Shown one piece after another: positions 13,601 through 28,600 of a stretch of DNA of 64,000 bases. The stretch is from assembly GCA_964252035.1 (NCBI GenBank), contig OZ176200.1; one strand, given 5' to 3'. The DNA is from Podarcis erhardii. Taxonomy: Eukaryota. The position numbers were made by a program, and so were the translations under genes. The notes under the pieces were generated by a model. The model saw only the letters and a list, made by a program, of their open reading frames with translations. It was not told the DNA's origin and searched no databases. Each line of letters opens with the position of its first letter. The first letter of the stretch is position 1.

Positions 13601-16600
13601 CCATCTGAGTGAATGTTTATGTGATCATTTTCAGTTATTAGAGTTTAATGTCTCCTTGTAGCATTGTGTTTGATGCCTTGCCATCTCAACCAACCCTCTT
13701 GAATGATTAGAACTAGCAACAACCACCCTCCCCAACAACAACCACCTCCCCATATCAGTACCCCAGCCCAGGAATTTGTTCAGCAACCTCAGCTTTTGTA
13801 GCTGGAATCAGTCAGGGCCCCTCCCTACCAGGCGAGGTGGGAAAAGGCCTGCAAGGCAGGGAGCAGGTCTTTGGGGACTCATCAGCATCAACTGGAGCCA
13901 CTTTGAGAATGGTCCATCTTTTCTTTCCTTTCCTTTCCTTTGTCTGCTCCACGTGCATTGCCCTGATTCTCACAATCTTTCTCCCAAATATTCTTGATAA
14001 AATTTCCCTCAGATCCCCATCTGTAAAATGGCCCTAATGATATAAAGACAGATTAGAATGGCAGCTATGTATATTCTTTGGAACTTTCTCATCATTCTGG
14101 CCAGTGCTCAGATTATAAAGCAAAATGTAAGGGAGTTCTTAATGAAACCCAAAGCTATGTCCCCTCACTTCCCCAATTTTAGACAAATCATGGGCCTCCT
14201 GCAGCCAGAATGAGGGGACTGGGACTCCCTCCCTTGGTAATCTGAGTGCTACTTCTGAGTGAATGCTACTGCTCTGCTAGTATGAATGAAGTAGTTTATC
14301 TTGACCTGTACCAATATGAGTTCCGACCTGGGTTTGGGACTGACTGACCTGTAGCAGAAGACACCCCCCTCCCCCTTGATGTGGAATTCAATGCCATTTG
14401 AAATAAGGCATGTTCTAATAAACTACACTTTTAGATGCATTCTTATGCCTTTTTTTATTTACCCAAGACATTTCTGAAATAAAATTTGAATTATTGTTCA
14501 TTGACTACCTTAAAATAACAGCTTAACTATTTTTGATCTTCTGAACACCACTCTGATATATTGCGAACAGTTTATAAATATTTTAAATTGAAATAACTAT
14601 TATGTGGCTAGTGGTATTACTGTGTGGAGCCCGCTATTAAGCTTCTTTTAAATTTCATGCTACCCGTCAACATTCTGACCTTACTGTGACATCACACACA
14701 TGCAAACACACATGCAACACACATAGACATCATATCCTTTCCTTTACCCATCCTCCTTCATTAGGACCTGAACTTTTCATTGCACAATTAGATACTTTGA
14801 TTTTGACTGACAGAAACTTAAACTGATTTAAAGAGATATATGTTTGACCTGCAATAATGTTGCTTTCCTGGTTTAATTTTATTTTTAAATTTTCCAGCAG
14901 TGAACAGAGAGATGCTGTACATGAAGAATGTCAGCCAAAGCTGAAGAACCAGGAGGTTCTCCACAGCAAGGAAATTCAAAAGCAGCAACAGTATGTTGAA
15001 AAATTACAACAGCAGATCTTGGATGGGCAGATTAAAGCTGAGCAAGAACTAGAGCATGATCAAGCCATAATCAATCAATGGATCAAAGAAAGTGAGTTTT
15101 CTTTCCCATTATCACTTTCCATTCACGTTTTTTTCCTACTTACACTGCTGATGCATTTTACTCTGGTTTCTTTCTTTCACCCATTATTTTATCATTCTTA
15201 AAGTGAGGTTAGTGCTCAAGCAGCAGTTTATATTTTATATTCATTGGCTGGATGAGTCTTCCCTACGATACTTTAAGACACTCTTGTCCTTCTTAAAACT
15301 ACCAGCTTGAGATGCTCTCTGCCTTTAAAATTTGGATATAGCTGCAGAAATTTGCATTAAGGCTGTATAAGATATCCCCCAGTCTCATTTCTCAGGTCAA
15401 AAATAGCTTTATGGATGGGGTAGAAATCCCCCTTCCGACAAAAAAAGATATATGAATGCTCAACTTTTTTCAGCTCCTTTGGGTGTCATTGTTTGATATT
15501 GCTCCTGCTGCTGTTAGTGTCATTATTCCTCTTTCCTAGGTTCATCTCAGTGATTATTCCAACCAATCAGCAGACATAACCTTAATGCCCATCAGCTTTG
15601 GCTACATGGGGATGTTACTGAGGATACTTGAGAAGAAGGAGCAAGTTGATATGTGTTGATGTATAAAGCCCTGAACAACTTGGGCCCTTATATCCCTGCT
15701 TGATCCCTAAGATGTCCAGATGAGCTGTGTTAGTTGTCCCCTGTGTGGGCCTCAACTAGGGTATTATAGTATCACTGATCCCATACTGTAGAAAACTTTT
15801 CCAGCAGAAATTTGGTGGGCGTATTTGCCCCCCCTCAACATTACAATCTTAGTATGATCCAAATATGTTACCCACACATATATACTTCAAACTTCAGAGT
15901 TCCAAACTTATATAAAATTTATATAAATTTATATAAAAACACTTTCTTTAAAAAACAAAACACACCCAAGAATAGCCATTGTTTCAAGTACAGTGGAACC
16001 TTGGTCCTCAAACGGCTTAGTTGATGAACAAATCAGCTCCCAAACACCGAAAACCCGGAAGTAAGTGTTCTGGTTTTTGAACTTTTTTCGGAATCTGAAC
16101 ATCCAATGCAGCTTCCGCTTGAGTGCAGGAAGCTCCTGCAGCCAATCGGAAGCCGCACTTTAGTTTTCAAACATTTTGGAAGTGGAATGGACTCCAGAAA
16201 TGGATTACGTTCGAGAACCAAGGTACCACTGTACTGGAACAGCAAGGATTACCATCCCAGACCTGTTGTGTTTTTGTTTCCCTTCTCCCCACAACCCCCT
16301 TTGCCTCTGTGGTTTTAGGACCACTGGTTTTTTGGACTACAGTTTTTAATACAGAATATTTAATTATTGTAAGCCACCCAGGGATCCAACTTTGGTGCTG
16401 CTAAAAGGGGACGTCACTTTTTTCTCCGTCGGTCACCCTAGCTGCTGTGGCTTACCTGCGGATGCAGGCAATCATGGGCGAGCTTGGGAGCATGGTTTAG
16501 GAAGTGGACTCCCTGGTTATAAAAGCCAGCTGTGCCTAGGCCTTGGCCTCAGGCAATGCTGGATTCATCAATTACCCACCCCACACTTTATGTGTAGGAC

Positions 16601-19600
16601 TGCTCAAGGATGAGCTGGTAGGTCCTGCATAAAACCTTGCTATGGACATCTTGAGCTGCCATATTCGGGGACAGGGAGGAATTTGCCTGCAGACAAATTG
16701 GGCTTGTCTGAGGGTTTTGCCTACCTCAGAGCAATTGTCACAACTTGATGGCAGATAAGGCATTAGGTTGGATCCTTAGTCTAGGTGGACTGGGAGGTTG
16801 GGAGCCCTGCCCCTCCAAGGAATTAGAATATCCCATTAAAGGGATCCAGGGTGAGGTGCTTCTGTCCGGACACCCAGAAGGTGGCTGATGGGCTATAACA
16901 CCCTCAAAATGGTGATCTTGGGTGGGAAGTTCACCCTAATTTGATGTAAGACATAGGGCAGTCCTTAACCTTGGTTAACCAAATAATCAACAAGCAGACA
17001 GACTAGACTGATTGATTCAGGATACACACCCAATGCCTGTGCCAAAACCTGCTGACATCTGTAATCAATAAAGTTGCAGCCTGTTTGAATCCCAGTTGCT
17101 TGTCCTGTGTTTACTGCAGCTTCAACATGTCTTGGCCCCTCCGCCACAACTTCACTGCACCTAGACCCACAATGTCAGGCTGATCTTGCTTAAATTATAT
17201 CTCAAAACAAATTGTAAAATTGACATAGAGTTGATTATTCTCCTCATAAATTCTTGGTGCTGTTGATAAATTGCAACAAACTGACAAGACTTGCTGATTT
17301 TCATGCTTTTTGTTCATTTGTTTGTTTGTTTTCCTAGACCAGCAGTGGCTCATTGATGAAAAGAAACAGCTGGCTGTCCAGCAACAGCAGCAGGAATCTG
17401 CTGTGCAGACAGAAGTCAAATCATATGCAGAAGCTGGAGTCCAGAACGTATTGGAGTCAGAAACTGGCCCGTCCCTGACAGAACAGAACAAGAAGAAACT
17501 GGTACAGCTAGAACTTTTACGAAAATACTCTTTGAAGAAAGCAGAAAGACATTTAAGCCGGAAGAAGGTTAAAGTGCATCTTGAGAGGATTGTGAAGAAG
17601 CAAAAATTGCTAGAGGCCAAGAAAAACCTGGAACACTTAGAAGCTAATTGCTGGATTAATGAGGATAATGTGAAACATTCCCAGTCTCTGGACCAAGATA
17701 CCACAGTAGCTTCTGGGGACTTCAAGTGTTCACAGCCAGAATCAGATTCATGCTCCTTGCAATGCAGAAGAAACAGCTTTTTAAATCATCAGCCAACACA
17801 TTGCAGGTGAATATTTGCACAATACTTCTCAAAACACTAATCTGTTCTGACAAAGCACATTTTTCATTAACCTCAAAGTGCATGTTAAATGTCATGGCTC
17901 CAAGCTTATTCAGTCTCATCAGCAGATGTGTCAACTAAACTTTTAGTTGATTAATCATTAGAGCCCCGTCATAACTGACAGGAGTGAGAGTTAAGGCAAA
18001 TGAAAAAGTTTTGATGTGACATTGGAAAAGAAAGGGACAGCACTTGGCAAACCTCTCTGAGGAGGGAATTGTTGAGGCTGCTTGCCATAAGAGAAAGCAT
18101 AGTCTCCTTTCTTGCCTTGGAAGGTGGAAGGCTGTTCTTTAAATGCAGTAGTTCCAAAGCATTTAGGACTTTATAGACCAAACTTGTACTTGGAAACAGA
18201 TCACCTGTTTAAGAACTGGTGAAATGTTGTATAAATTGCCACACTTCCTGCAGTAGCTCAGAGGCTGCCTATATAGTAATATACAGTTTTCAGGATTGAA
18301 CATATCAGTTCAACAAACACTTAGATCCTCTCAGATCCAGTGGTATCCAGACCATGTCATATTAAGATTTGCTGGTCAGCAGGTTCATCCCAACAAGATT
18401 TGATAGCTTGTCAAGGTCTCCTATTGGTCTCTCAATTGCTGGGCCATTCAGGTAAGGACTAGTGCTTCATAACTCTGTTATGAAGCCACTTGGTGTGTTT
18501 GTCTACATAGGACTGTATTCAACATAGTGCTAAGGAGACTGTTCTATCACAGCAAGGATTTCTGCCTGTCCAGCTTAATCTTCACCTCCTCACCCCCAAC
18601 TCTCTACTTGGGGTTCCCTCAACCCTCTAGATCAGAGTTGGGGACACTATAGGGCATGTGTGGGGAGAAGGGGGAAATCCTGCCGCACTGGTTGAAATAT
18701 TTAATTGAATACTGTCCCTATGATCTTGGGTTAGAATCAGCAATCATACTATATGTTCAGGGATGGGGAGCCTATAATCTTCAACGTTGTTTTATTCCCA
18801 TTAGCTCTGTGCATTGGCTATGCTGGCTGGGGCTGGTGGGAATTGGGTTCCAACATCAGATGGAGGGGCACAGGATGCCCATTCCTGCTGTAGGCTCTTA
18901 GCATCAACTTAGGTACTTTGCCTATTAGTCCACCACAGAGCAACCACTTGACTCCTAAGCAAATGACAATCATAGGATTTCCATTGGGGTAAGCATGATT
19001 ATGAAAGCAATGTTGCACCTGCCTTAAAAAAACACCATAAAGCAAGTTTATTAACATATTTTTGGTTTTGTTTTTACAGTTTTTTCTTGAAGAGGGATCC
19101 CTCTCAAGTACCTACCTCAGCACACAGCCATGGATGCTGTGAAGTTAACCAACCAAGGAAATCACTGTCTGTAGAGTATCTTCCAAGAGCAATTAAAGAA
19201 CTTTCCAGAAGAGATAACATTCATGATGACAGAGATTCTGCCTTCCCAACCAACAGACAGGAGATCAAAATTCAAAAGTCATTATATTTGGGAAGTAAAG
19301 GAAGAGTGAACAATGACAGTAGTAATACAGAAGTAATTTCTCTTATCTGCAAAGAAATCGAAACAATGGAGAAATCAAATAGCAGACCAAGGCAAACTAG
19401 ATCTAAAGCCCAGATTTCTAAGACCACTTCTCCTGACCACTTCAAGAAAAAAAGTGAATCTGAAACAGGAAGACAGGTGGGAAAACTAAAAGCACTGGCA
19501 GATTCAAATCAGCATAAAGGGAAGCACTTAGAAAAGAGTGACGCTCAGGAAGCTAGCAGAAAGACTAGAACTGATACAAGAAAAAAGCACAAAACTTCAC

Positions 19601-22600
19601 TTCCAGGAAATTCCTCTAAGGAACTTAAAAAATCAGCAATATATGGTGAACCACCAGAAAAGCATCTAAGCCAAACAGCAAATAATGTGAAAAGACATTC
19701 AAAGGACAAACAATCAGAGGAAGAGCTTGAACTCCTGGGGTTAGCAACTTCAGCAAGAAGCCTTAACAATATAAATGCCCCCACACCACTCTGTCATGAG
19801 GAAAAAAGATGGCACAGTGCTGAGGTGTTGAGCGATGGAATCTCAAAAGCAGTCCCCAAGCCACTGAGAAGCTGGCAAGAAGATGATGACATTGAGTTTT
19901 CTGATACAGATAGTGCCTATTCTGTAGATTCTCTTTCATCTGCTAGTGCAAATATCCTGACAAGTCAACTGAGTCATACGGAGTCATCTGGAATCAAGGA
20001 CACAGTTGAGCTGGAAGGTTCTGAAAGTGATGACAGCCAGATGTCACAAGATTCTCTTTCAGAAAAAGTAAAGAAAACGGAAAGTCAAGATACAATTAAT
20101 TTTCTTGAGGTCCATCAGGAACCTGTTGATAACTGTCAGTCTGCCTCACTGTTAGCAAACACATCTTTATCAAAAAACAATAATTGGACTATGAATGAAA
20201 GAAGCTTTTCTCTTGATAGTCTGGGGGATGTTGATGAAGTTTCAGAAGATATAGCAGAGGAATCCAAATTAGAGTCATTTGATGAAGTTCCGGCAGAGGC
20301 TTTTTGGAATTTGCAAAACCGAAGGTCAAAATCCAGAAAGAGCAACAAGCAGCAGAACCATGAGATCTGTAAGGAAAGTGTAAAAAGACCCAGTGACTTG
20401 AATCTGAATACTGATTCTTTTTATCTGGATGCTGGTACACAGTCTAGTTCTAGTAGCATTTATGATCAATCAGTAAAAGAAATGGAAATTTGTGTTTCGG
20501 GACCAGAGAGTTCATTTGATCAAAGATCAAATGCTTCAGGTGAAAACCTTCCTGTTTTCCCAGATGCTTGGTTGTCTTGTGACTCAAGAAATGGAAAGAC
20601 CAGCCCCATCATAACAATGCCTTCTTCCCAAGATCACTCAGAGTTCCGGGTTGCTCAGCTTCACCCTATTAACAAGTCAAACTGCTGGATGAAGAAAGAT
20701 GACCTAAGGCAGTCAGCTGCAGAATTATCATTTGTCTCCTGTTATAAAAAACCTTATTGGGTTTCTCATGAGCCAGACACAATAGAAACATTATTTTCAC
20801 CATCAGTACCATTTCCAGAAACAAGGAAACACATTGAAACTGAAGCTCCAGGAGCCATGCCACCATTTTCTCTGTCAACCAAAAACGTTCAGTTTGGTCA
20901 TGGTTCTACATTTATTACAAAATATGGTTATTCTGAAGTTGCTTCTCTACCTGAGTCTAACTGCCAGCAGCCTGATGAATTATCTGAGGGTGGATCTGCT
21001 ACTATACAGAAAGAAGACATTTATGTAAATACTAATTTCAAAGAATGCCTCTTTAGAACAATTGAAAAAGAAGACTTTGACTGTGACTCTAACAGCAGCG
21101 TAAGAGACTTGGAGGTAGTTGACTTAAACCCCATAGATAAATCCACCTGCGCGGTACCTAGTGGATCTCCTGACTTGATTGCATTGGGTAAAGCACAGAA
21201 AAAGTATCAAGGTCATGAACATTTGTTTTCAAAAGAGGGAGTGAATTTATTTAGTGATGAAAGTTTCTATCTCTGTGATGCATTAAGCAAGAGTACCAAC
21301 AATGTTGGGGAAGAAGAATATTCTAGTGACAAGATATTAATACATGGTGGAAGTAATTTTGATCTGGTGCCAAAAGCAAGATACCAACAAGTGGCTGCAG
21401 AAGAAATTGGTATAGAGAATAAATTGCGTCAAAGTGAGAAAACAGATTTTTGCCACAGGGATCAGTTTGCTCTACCAATACAAATTTCTGAGACTGAGAG
21501 ATTCAGTATGCAAGAAAAGAGAGATGCAGTGACAGAATCTGCTTTAGAGGTCCCTTCATTTAGAGAAGTAGAAGAAGAAGCTCAAGAGAAAGACTTGTGT
21601 TCAGAAAGTAACTGTGAAATTCAGACTAAATTATTAACAAGTGATTCTCATTCAGGTTCAGAACTTGACTGTTCTGGAAGTAGTGTTAGTCAAAATGTTT
21701 TGTTAACTTCTGATGCTGAAAATATGATGGAACAGACCAGTGAAAGGGAAAAAACCATGCTCTCTTTTTCTGGCCAGGGAACAGCTTCATCTACTTCTAT
21801 GGATTTGGTGACTGACAAATCAATATGTTCAACTATGGACAAAAATGGGGGGGAAACTAAACTTTCAGTTGATGGCGATAAATCCACTTTCCAATCTAAT
21901 TCAAATATGCATTATCAAGACACAGCGGGAATGGGAAAATATGCTGGGAAATGTCAGGGTTCCATGGCACTTAAGGATGTTCATCTGACCAAATCTAGTT
22001 CCATGGAAAATAATGTAAATGATCCTAACTCTGTTGGCACCACTGATCAGAAACTCACAGTGCAACAGGAAGTTGAAGATACGTTTTTGTTTGGCTCCAG
22101 TGTTCAGTCTGGCAAAACCAAAGCTTGGCATATACCTGCATCAAGAGTGGGGAAGGAAGCTGCAGTTTTCCATGTGGACTTTAGCAAAAATGATGGCTCA
22201 GAAGTGAATTCTAATCAAGCCAGAAATAACACTGAAAAGGACTGTGGGGGGATGCTGGGAAATGATGGAATTGAATCAGTCACAGCTTTCCAAGAACAGA
22301 ATCTGTATGTGGATAAAGAATCTGAACATCCAAAAAATGGCGTTGATACTGGAGCCTTAACTACTTCTGAAGATAATAAATGTGAACTTAATAGTAAGAC
22401 GATAAACTCTGAAGAACTTATTAAATTAATGAATAGTGTCAATAAGCTGGAATGTGACATACTGGAAATTAAATATAGTCAGAGGTTGCACAATTACCAT
22501 AGAGGTGAATTTCAGAGTGAAACTGTAGAGAGTAGGATGAACTCAGAAAATGTTAACTTGGTTCAGAGTACCAGCGAGGAACATTATAAGAAGCTGGCTG

Positions 22601-25600
22601 CAACAGTGACATATGAAGAAACAAATGTCCAGCTGATTGATGAAAACAAAGGAGAACCATGTCCAGCAAAACCAGCAATGGAACCCGATAGCATTATTCA
22701 TTCAAGCAGTGTTAATGAAAATAAAATCCATGAAACGGTAAAACAGAGTGATTGTCCTGCAGACATAGAAGCAAGCTCTAAGTGCACTGTGCCGGCTGGG
22801 TGTTCTAGCTCAACAAGTTTTCCTCAAAATATTACAGACTTACTTGACAAATGTGAAAAACCAGTTCAGGTTGACAGAATTTTAGAAAATGTCCTGAGTT
22901 TTGAGCCCTCAGCAACTGCAATAACCACTGAGTGTAGGCAAGAAGATGCTTTAACCTATAGTGAAGATGATAAAAATAAATATACTGACAATGAGACATC
23001 TGTAATAGAAAGCTTGTTAATGTACCCCAAGACTGTTCTTCAAGAAAATGAAGTTAATGGGGACATGATTGGTTCTGAAACGGGGAGCAAAGAACATTGT
23101 GATGCAAAAGAAAATGTGAATTCCAGGTTAACTGGGCTACACACTGATGACAATGTTGCATTGCAGCAAGAAAATCCAGTACATGGTTTTATTAATTGTG
23201 ACAACACCAGTAATGGAACAAATTCTGAAATACCAGAAATATACTTCACTTCTTCCAATCTGGAAGAAGAACAGGAGGTGCACCAGATAACAGAAGTGTG
23301 TCTTGATAATATTAAAACACAACAGCATGAAAAACCATCAGGGCTTTGGACTTATACAGGTATAATTAATGAGACACCAGAAGACAATAGTAATGGTTGT
23401 GCAGGTGACAAGAGAGCTGTAATTGGACAGTGTGGGATTAGTGAAGAATTTAAACAAACTGGCAGTGGTGAAAATACCAATGGATCTAAATGTCCTTCTA
23501 CAAATTCTCATGGAAATATTTCAGAACACTGTGATGCAAATTTTGGTGGAAGCATATGTGATGATAAATGTATGCCAGATAACGGCATACCTAATGAAAA
23601 AGAAACAGTACATCCAACAGACCCCCTGCCATTGGCAACAGCTATGAAACTGGACCAAAGTACTATTATACAAAATGTGTGTATTTTAAAAACACAAAAG
23701 GTTGGGGAAAATTTGGAGGAAAATAGAGAAAGCCTAGAAGTGGATGTTTCACAAAATCAAACTGAATTTCTATTGGAGAACAAATGTAGTTACTGGTTTT
23801 CAAACAATGACACCGTGTTAAGTGATTTATCAGAAGAAAAGGAAAGGCTGCCTCTCATTTTTTCAAGGAATGAAATTTTTGATGATTCAATGTCCATTAA
23901 CCAAACAGGTCCGCTAGAACACAGAAATCAAAACTATGGGTTAACTTCTGCGACTGCTGAAGACCTTTGTAATCAATCTGCATATAGTTCTTTGCTGCCT
24001 GGAATAAGGACAGATGAAGAAAATACGAAGGGTGACTGTACTATAATAAGCAATCCTGAAATGCTATTAAGTAATAGTATCAACAATGAAGTAGTTCTCC
24101 AGTACTATGAAACACAAATGGATAGTGACTTGCACTCTAGAATGTCACGTACCTTTAACAAAGTAGGGGGGGATGACTCAATTTCTGACATTGTCATGAA
24201 CAATAAATGTATTGCATTTCCTCCTGATCAGCTAGAACAGAATGGACAGGGGAAGGAAGACGTCATATCCAACAAAATGTCTAATTACACTGCACCTGAG
24301 CAGAATCCTAGTAAGGATGACACGTTTTCAAAACCATATATTGCAGAGTGCCATGCATCACTGGTATCAGCTACTACTGATGACCCACAAAACAAAGCTA
24401 GTCCTCTCAAGACATTGTTTCCTTCTGAAAGTACAAGTGATGATACGGACAGGTTTCGAGGAGAATACAACACAAAAGAAGAAGAAAAGTGTTTAAATTC
24501 ATTAAACACATTGCAAAAGGAAACGGCCACATCAGACTCATTAACCTCAGATAAAACAACTACTTATCCCTCTTCAGGTTTCAGAGAAAATGTAGAAGAA
24601 GCAACACCATTGTTACCAGAGCTTTCTTCTCACGAGTGTTTTAACAGTATTGTCAGTCAGAAAGATTCATTAGTCCCATGTGAACAGACAAATAAATCCC
24701 TAGGCACTGATTGCATCAAGACAGAATACAGAATAAATAGTATTGGAGAAATGGAGTGCCAACCAGAAACTAAGATTCGTGTGTTCAGAACTTCTAATGA
24801 TCTTTGTATGGGGTGCTTAAATGACTCTATAGCAGTATCTGAGGATGGAGCAAAGCTTTCAGGGTGTTCAGACCAAGCCCCATGGGGAAATGCTCATTTT
24901 GGTGAAGACAAAGCTGCAGGATGCAGGATGAGTTCTTATTTGTCTGAATACTCTGCTAGTCACTTGAACACCTCAACAGTGCTTCCCACGCATTTGCTAG
25001 AACGCCCTACGGGCAACTACAAAACTGATGCTTTGTATTTTGGGGAAAGCAAATATTTGGACTCTGGCATTTTTAATGTCCCTGCCTCAACTGTTGGTGA
25101 TTACTCTGTACACCACCAGCAAGACAGCAAGATCACTAATCCTAGTTATAGTACCAAAAATACTCAGCGAGTGGCGGAAATGTATCAGAAGGAAAGCCAA
25201 GGTCAAGAATGTCTACATAAACAAGAAAATACTAAGTCTTCACAGCCTGGGGATTATGTGGATAGGACAGAAATAAAATTGCAAGCGGAAAGCTTGCTTC
25301 CTTATCAAAGTTTAGAACAAATGGTTCCAAGTGACAAAACATTGTCACCTGCTTTATGTTCAGTTGAAGATATCCCCACTAGTACCGTGCTTAAAAATGT
25401 GGACACTCTAGAGTCCCCAAGATCACCAGAAGGCTTCACATCCTCTCTCTGTCCACCATATACTGACTCACTGCAGAATACTTTTTTGTCAACTTCATTT
25501 CGAGTACAAGAAAGTCGAGCATTTTGTCATCAGGGTTTTCCAAATGTTGCTTGCGTTTCTTCAGATACCTCTCCTAGCCTCAGTACTAGTCAGAGGGATG

Positions 25601-28600
25601 CCGAGACACATGGTCCTCTGAATGCTGCTGCATCAAACTCTCCTGCACTTGCCAGCAGTCTGATGCAGGAAAGCCAGTGTGACAATCCTGTGATAGTAGA
25701 CCCACAGCCATGTGCTTCTGAAACTACTTCTTTTTCTCTTATGAAAGAACGTGGTTGTCTCCCACTTTCCGACACTAACTCTAGCTCTCAAGGAAACCCA
25801 GCTTTAGATTGCAGCGAAATACACGAATTTAAAACTGAAAAATTCCATTATGAAAGAGATGTTTGTGAAGAACCAAGGGGTACAACTTCAGTGCAAAAGA
25901 GCTATTTGGAAAACATTGGCAAAACTTTACATCACACATTGCATTCAAGTCTTGATATGCAAGAAGATCAGAGTACACCACAGTTAAATAGCAGGGTTGA
26001 TATAGACGACTTCCCTAATACAAATGCAAATAATCATATAATTGCACATAAGGTGATGAAGAGTAAGAGAGAATCTTTAATGTCGGAACAGCTAAATATT
26101 TCAATAGCAAATGACAGCATGTCCTCAAAGTATTTATCAGGAAGAAGCTGTTTGACTTTGCAGGAAGAACCTGCACCAGAGATAATTAGAAGTGAAAATG
26201 CAGTTTTTACTTCACAGAATTCAAACAGAAGCAAAGAAGATGGACAACGGCCATGTTTGCAGAGTCATAGCTTATCAGCACCATCTATTGCTGTTATATC
26301 TAATTTTGAGTGTGCTTCAGAAACTTCTAAAGTTGACCTTTCTGTACATTCTACCTCTAAGTCATTACAAGAGTTAAATATGAGTGTTGAACCACCATCT
26401 CCAACTGAGGATGACCTGCACAGAGCTGAAAGCTTATCCAAATTAAAGACAGACAATGTTGTGCCAGTTAAATATAAACCAAGATTTCAAAAGAAATCCA
26501 TTCAAGCCCAGAGGTCTAATTACTGTGATAAAAGAAACCGTAGAGAGAGCACTCAGGAAAGTCACTCTTCAGATCCTTCCGCTGCTCACTATCCAGTAGC
26601 TGTTGCCCACACAACTGGCAATCCCGTGGATACAGAAACAGAGAAATACTCAAATAATGTTTCTTTGGCACACCAACACAGTTTGAGTACACATGAAGAT
26701 CTAAGACATCAAATGGAGGCAACAGACAATAAAGATACAATGCACTTCAGTTCAAGTGATATCAACCCATATATTCACCCATGGCAGCAAGATGAATGCT
26801 GCAAGATTGGTTGGAAACAATATGTTTTTGGAAGTGCAAGTGATGTCTCTAGTAACCCACCTCCATTGAGTTTGGATAATCAAGCAGTTATGAGGTGCTC
26901 CAGTGTGGATAATGGATTGAATTCTCAAATCTCCCCTTTCCGTTCTCATCTCAGTTCATATGCTAATGCAAGAATGTTATCCAGCACCATAAGTAGCACA
27001 GAAGATCTCCAGGGATGGGATGTTGCGAGAGAAGGCTTTGACTCTACCCATTCAGATGAGAGTGGCAAGCCTTGTACCAACATTTCTCATGATGAACTTG
27101 AGGCTACACCAGAAAACTGCATTTCCAGGTGTGAAAATGGTTCTCAGCAGTCTGGAAATGCTTCCATGCAAGTTGATGAAATTGTTCTTCTCTACCCTTC
27201 TGAGTCGGAGAAATCCTCCAATAAACCACAAGAACTACTCACTTGTGACCGGGAAACACAGACAGAGGCACCAACAAGGCATAGAAGGCAGAAGAGACAC
27301 CGGAGAAGCAATACAGATATATCTGCAAGAAATCCTGAGCCAAGCAAGGATACATTCCAACAGCCTTCTTCTTGGTCAAGCGTACAGAATCTTTCCCTGC
27401 ACCTTTCACAGCTGCTTCACAACACTTCTGAGCTGCTGGGAAATTTGTCCTTACAGAATGTTAAAGATAGTGAACCAAGTGACCATAAAGCAATTGGTGA
27501 AGAAAGCTCAAGAACCACTGTGACTGACAGCTGTACCCAAACAACAGAAGACGTAGGCATTCAGACAGATACTTTAGGACACCTTCAGAACAAAGACAAG
27601 GAAAGGACAATCAACACTAATGTGGAAAGTGAGACAATGAAGTCTCAGGAGGTAAATGTTATTGTGAAGTTAGTACATACAGATTCTGTAGCTCTGACTA
27701 AGGAAAGAATGTCAGAAGGCATGGGACACAAATTGCAGGGCATGCTTGACAAGGGAAGCCATGATGATATTCCAGAAGATTCTTTTATGCCTCAGCCTTC
27801 CTTAAGTAGAGATTCCAGTTCTTCATCAAAGGTGCCAATAGTACCATTACATGCCCCAGCAGTACTTTTCCCTGTTGCATCTTCACTTGGTTCTAGACCT
27901 GAGTCTTCAGATGTTGTGGTTAGTAACCCTGCCTCTAGCATTTCTCTGTCTCCAGCATGCTACTCTCAGGACAGGAAGCCTGTTGGTAAAACTGACATTC
28001 CAAGAATAAGGGATAATAGCTTGCTAGTTGATCGAGCCTCTTCCCCAATTTTGACTCTTAGTGCCACTCCAGTCAGCCAGCAATTTACATCAGGCAAGTC
28101 TGCTTGTTCTTTCAAAGGATCTGTTGGACAACGGAAACATACTGCAAGCTCAGAAACAAGTTTTAGGGAAAATGGTTCAGATCCACAATATGACTTTAGA
28201 TCTTGGGAGCCATGTGTAGACTCTTCTTCACAAACTGAGGTGGACAGTGAGTCTACCACGTCTAGAGAGAGCAAGGAAATGTACAAAATGCCTGAAGATG
28301 GCTTTGATAACAATGCAGCTAGAGAATTTTCAGGTGCTTCAAAACAAAAGCACAGGTTTACTATTGACACGCACACTGCAGTTCACACCAAAAGACTTTA
28401 TCATTCAAGTAGCACTTTAGAACTTTCTAGCCATGGGGAATACTTAGTTGATGATCACAGAGAGGCTGTTCCAGTGGAACGTTCCTTTCGTCAGATACGA
28501 GCCACGAGGAGGGCGAGAAACTTCTCTGGAGGAATCAAATATGAAAGTCCCATTAGAAATTCAGAATGCTCACCCACCAAAAAGTCATTTCAGAGATCGT

